From Clostridia bacterium (lineage in GTDB: Bacteria; Bacillota; Clostridia; Oscillospirales; Acutalibacteraceae): a stretch of 64,000 nucleotides of DNA. Location: the NCBI GenBank assembly GCA_017544665.1, contig JAFYDS010000035.1, forward strand, positions 1,478-65,477, given 5' to 3'. Positions 61,101-64,000 of this stretch are shown in pieces. The notes beneath the pieces are model-generated. The model saw nothing but the letters and a program-made list of their open reading frames with translations. It was not told the origin of the DNA and made no database searches. The position numbers and the translations under genes were made by a program. Numbering within the stretch: position 1 is the first letter of the stretch; each line of letters begins with the position of its first letter.

Positions 61101-64000
61101 ATGAAAACAGGAAAACAGATGCTTTCGGTCTTGCTTTCCGTGCTTTTACTGCTCGGCACGGTGGCGTTCGCGCTGCCCGCGGCGGCGGAAGAAACGCCGG
61201 CTTATGACGTCGGCGACGTGATCGAATACGGCACCTATCCGCAAAGTCTCGTGACGGATGCGGCGCTGCTGGCAGTTTTACCGACGCTGCCCGGTACGTG
61301 GAACATCTACGAATACGAGGGCACCGCCACCAACAGCGAGGGTTATACTTATCCGGTGGCGTTTGCGGGGATGCAGTATATCGACGTCGTTTACCGGAAC
61401 GTCAAATACAGGGGCGTCAAAATCGACGACTACAGACCGTTCACGGTCCCGCAGGGGCAAAGTGAAGGCAGCACGCAGGAACAGAACGGCTACACCGCCG
61501 GCACCTACTGGTTCCGCTATGACCCGCTGCGCTGGCGCGTCCTTGATCCGGAAACAGGTCTCGTCATGAGCGACACGGTCATTGACAGCCAGCCGTTCAC
61601 CCAGTATATGGATCCCAACGCGGCCTACTATTACAGCTCCATGGGAGAATACGGGCTGCATTACGGCTATCTGCAGAACGGTTCTGTCTCCGGCGTTTTC
61701 GCGAGCATCACCGACTGGCTGAACGAAGACTTTTTGAGCGTCGCTTTCAGCCCGGCGCAGCAGGAGAATATCCTTTCAGATACGCAGGTGAACGATTACT
61801 GGCTTATCGGCAACGGAACCGTCAGCCAGGACGGCAACGGGTATCACAAATATGACGCGACCGCGACCGAAGGCAAGATCTTCCTGCCTGCATGGGACGA
61901 GGTTTCCGACGCCGCGGCCGGGTTCAACGCGGACGGCAACGCCGCGGACGCCGCGCGAACGCTCGGCGGCAGCGACTACGCAAAGGCGCAGGGGCTGGAA
62001 GTCTTCGGCGACGGAGAGACCGCCCGCTGGCTGTTGCGTACGATGAGCAGATATTTCAACGCCAGATGCGCAAGCCAGATCGATGAAACCGGCATGGGGA
62101 TCGCGCATCCCCGCACGGACGACAGATACAGCCGCTACGGGATCTGCCCGATGATGCGGATGGAAGTGATCGTCAGCGAAGGCACCGGGGAATCGCTGCT
62201 GCACACGGGTGACAACTTCTATTTCGGCGCCTATCCGCAAAGCAGAGTCACCGACGCCGACACGATCGCCGCGCTCAACGCGCGTCTGCCGTACGCGCAG
62301 CAGCACCCGCTGACAATGTACACCTATTCCTGGAACTACGTCGCGGACAAGTATATCGACTATGCGGATATGATCGTCGGCACGCAGAAATACAGAGCAA
62401 AAATCCGCTATATGGATATCGTGACTCCGCCGACCGGGAACGCGACGGTGGATGAATACACCGACTACGACTATCACTATACCGACGGCGACCGGGAAAA
62501 GTACGTCTCCTATTACCTCTTTGAACCGCTGCTGTGGCGGCTTCTTGACCCTGAGACCGGTCTTTCCATGTGCGAAGGCATCGTGGAATCGCTGGTGTAT
62601 CAGAACGTCCATATCCGGATCCCCGATCCGAGTGATCCCGATGAGCAATACTGGTACTGGGACGCCTGGGGCAACGAGGAAGAAACCCGCTATGCGACCG
62701 ATTATACGATCAGCAATATCCGCCCGTTCCTGAACAACGACTTCTATAACACGGCGTTCACCCCTGCGCAGCAGGAGAAGATCGTCACCACAGACCTTGA
62801 CAACACGAGCATGATGACCCTTGCGGGCACGACGGGTTACGAACAGTACGACTGGGATAGCTGCAGCGACAAGGTGTTCCTGCTCTCCTCCGCAGAGGTC
62901 ATGAACCCCGATTACGGGTTCTCACCCGACGCCATGGAAAAAGACGACGCCCGCGTTCTTCTGGGCAACGATTATGCCGGATATACCAATCCCAAATCGT
63001 ACAATAATCTGTGGATCTTGCGCAATGCCGCCGACATGTACCCAAGCAGACGTCCGAATTCCTGTTCGTACTACGGACAGGTCAGCAACACGGGAAGCTG
63101 GGCCAATGAGCTCCAACCGATCTGCCCGGCAATCTGTCTGACCGAGGTTGACAACGACCTTTCCGCCGCAACGGTGGAGTGTACCGACCATGAACCGACC
63201 GTCGTAACCACGACCCCCGCCACCTGCACACAGCCGGGCGTCGGACAGGAGGTCTGTGCGCTTTGCGGCGCGGTGCTGAACGAAGCCGTTACGATTCCCG
63301 CCCTCGGGCATGATCTGGTGCAGCACGAAGGGCAGGCTGCCACCTGCGGCGCAGGCGGATGGGCGGCGTATGAGACTTGCTCGCGCTGCGACTACACGAC
63401 CTATCGGGCGATCGGACCGACCGGCGCGCACAACTGGACGTGGATCGTCGATACCCCCGCCACCTGCGGCACGGCAGGCGAGAAGCACGAGGCCTGCGAC
63501 GGCTGCGGTGCGACGCGCAGCGAAGGCACGACGATTCCGGCGACCGGCGAACACAGCTGGAGCTGGACCATCGACACCGAGCCGACCTGCGGTACGGCAG
63601 GCGAGAAGCATGAGGTATGCGACGGCTGCGGTGCAACGCGCAGCGAAGGCACGACGATTCCGGCGACCGGTACGCACAACTGGAAGTGGGTCGTCGATAC
63701 TGAGGCAACCTGCGGCACGGCGGGCGTCAAGCATGAAGAATGCAGCGGCTGCCATACGAAGCGGAACGAAAACACCACGATCGATCCCACCGGCGTCCAC
63801 GTCTATTCCGCCGCGACAATCAAAGACGCGGCGCTGAAATCGGCCGCCGCCTGCGCGCGGAACGCGGTGTACTACTATTCCTGCAAGGATTGCGGTGCCG
63901 TGGAAAAGAACGACAGCCACACCTTTGAAGCAGAGGGCACCGCGCTGCGGCACGTGAATTCCGACTGGATCATTGACAGCAACGCGACCTGCAAGGTCGA
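61101..64000 (+). CDS. Large secreted protein (3' end outside window; absent from ORF track): two DUF6273-like modules plus at least 7 four-Cys repeats of about 41 aa
   Basis: My translation from the ATG at 61101 (GGGAGG RBS) has no stop through 64000. Signal peptide MKTGKQMLSVLLSVLLLLGTVAFALPAAA. Modules 'YGTYPQS...LRWRVLD...WLNEDF...ARWLLRT' and 'FGAYPQS...LLWRLLD...FLNNDF...NLWILRN'. Repeats 'H.W.W..DT.ATCGTAGEKHE.C.GCGATRSEGTTIPATG'. Confidence 0.75.
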   Translation, partial: MKTGKQMLSVLLSVLLLLGTVAFALPAAAEETPAYDVGDVIEYGTYPQSLVTDAALLAVLPTLPGTWNIYEYEGTATNSEGYTYPVAFAGMQYIDVVYRNVKYRGVKIDDYRPFTVPQGQSEGSTQEQNGYTAGTYWFRYDPLRWRVLDPETGLVMSDTVIDSQPFTQYMDPNAAYYYSSMGEYGLHYGYLQNGSVSGVFASITDWLNEDFLSVAFSPAQQENILSDTQVNDYWLIGNGTVSQDGNGYHKYDATATEGKIFLPAWDEVSDAAAGFNADGNAADAARTLGGSDYAKAQGLEVFGDGETARWLLRTMSRYFNARCASQIDETGMGIAHPRTDDRYSRYGICPMMRMEVIVSEGTGESLLHTGDNFYFGAYPQSRVTDADTIAALNARLPYAQQHPLTMYTYSWNYVADKYIDYADMIVGTQKYRAKIRYMDIVTPPTGNATVDEYTDYDYHYTDGDREKYVSYYLFEPLLWRLLDPETGLSMCEGIVESLVYQNVHIRIPDPSDPDEQYWYWDAWGNEEETRYATDYTISNIRPFLNNDFYNTAFTPAQQEKIVTTDLDNTSMMTLAGTTGYEQYDWDSCSDKVFLLSSAEVMNPDYGFSPDAMEKDDARVLLGNDYAGYTNPKSYNNLWILRNAADMYPSRRPNSCSYYGQVSNTGSWANELQPICPAICLTEVDNDLSAATVECTDHEPTVVTTTPATCTQPGVGQEVCALCGAVLNEAVTIPALGHDLVQHEGQAATCGAGGWAAYETCSRCDYTTYRAIGPTGAHNWTWIVDTPATCGTAGEKHEACDGCGATRSEGTTIPATGEHSWSWTIDTEPTCGTAGEKHEVCDGCGATRSEGTTIPATGTHNWKWVVDTEATCGTAGVKHEECSGCHTKRNENTTIDPTGVHVYSAATIKDAALKSAAACARNAVYYYSCKDCGAVEKNDSHTFEAEGTALRHVNSDWIIDSNATCKV
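63426..63794 (+). repeat. Three tandem, in-frame 123-bp repeats (units start 63426, 63549, 63672)
   Basis: The first two units are near-identical at DNA level. Flanked by more diverged copies of the same 4-Cys module. Confidence 0.85.

Noticed and set aside
61776-63953. Two minus-strand ORFs (290 aa and 343 aa)
   Set aside because: Antisense to the long open plus-strand frame that has a signal peptide, an RBS and internally repeated domains. The track omitted that frame only because it lacks a stop inside the window.

Overview
64 kb chromosomal window from a high-GC Gram-positive anaerobe. Gene content (CotH, Jag-YidC-RnpA-RpmH block, lipoboxes, a sortase-type signal, AGGAGG-type RBSs) suggests Clostridia/Oscillospirales; this is inference only. 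I call about 50 CDS, one tRNA-Arg(CCT), one cobalamin riboswitch, and several sigma70-type promoters and intrinsic terminators. I see no rRNA, CRISPR array, transposase or integrase. Many long ORFs in the six-frame track (up to 828 aa) are Arg/Ala/Val/Gly-rich antisense shadows of recognisable genes and are rejected. Two real genes are missing from the track. One is rpmH (44 aa, 15742..15876, minus). The other is a large secreted Cys-repeat protein that runs off the 3' end (61101..>64000, plus). Layout: (i) CotH, trpS, TetR plus an acyl-CoA ligase. (ii) A B12-riboswitch-controlled five-gene operon (6.1-12.9 kb) with two DUF4430-like proteins, a wall-sorted alpha/alpha-toroid protein, EcfT, and an EcfA-EcfA'-S-component triple fusion. 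I read it as a split transcobalamin-like surface corrinoid-capture module feeding a dedicated ECF importer, and it is the best candidate for an uncharacterised system here. (iii) The origin-proximal-type block jag-yidC-yidD-rnpA-rpmH, with no dnaA next to it, although coding polarity flips exactly there. (iv) Housekeeping and envelope genes (glmS, uxaC, polyprenyl-phosphate sugar transferase, SDR, CPBP, tadA, metQ). (v) Glycan-utilisation loci (GH130, GH5, galT, GH63-like, two GPH symporters, GH127-like, GH51) that are unusually rich in phosphoesterases. (vi) An AT-richer islet with two paralogous small secreted proteins. (vii) A flavoprotein/FGGY-kinase/AGPS-like cluster. Other observations are a DnaA-box-like cluster near trpS, a GGA-rich tract, a tRNA promoter inside a perfect inverted repeat, and a C-terminal tail motif shared by two unrelated secreted proteins. 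All family assignments rest on motifs read by eye; no database search was run.
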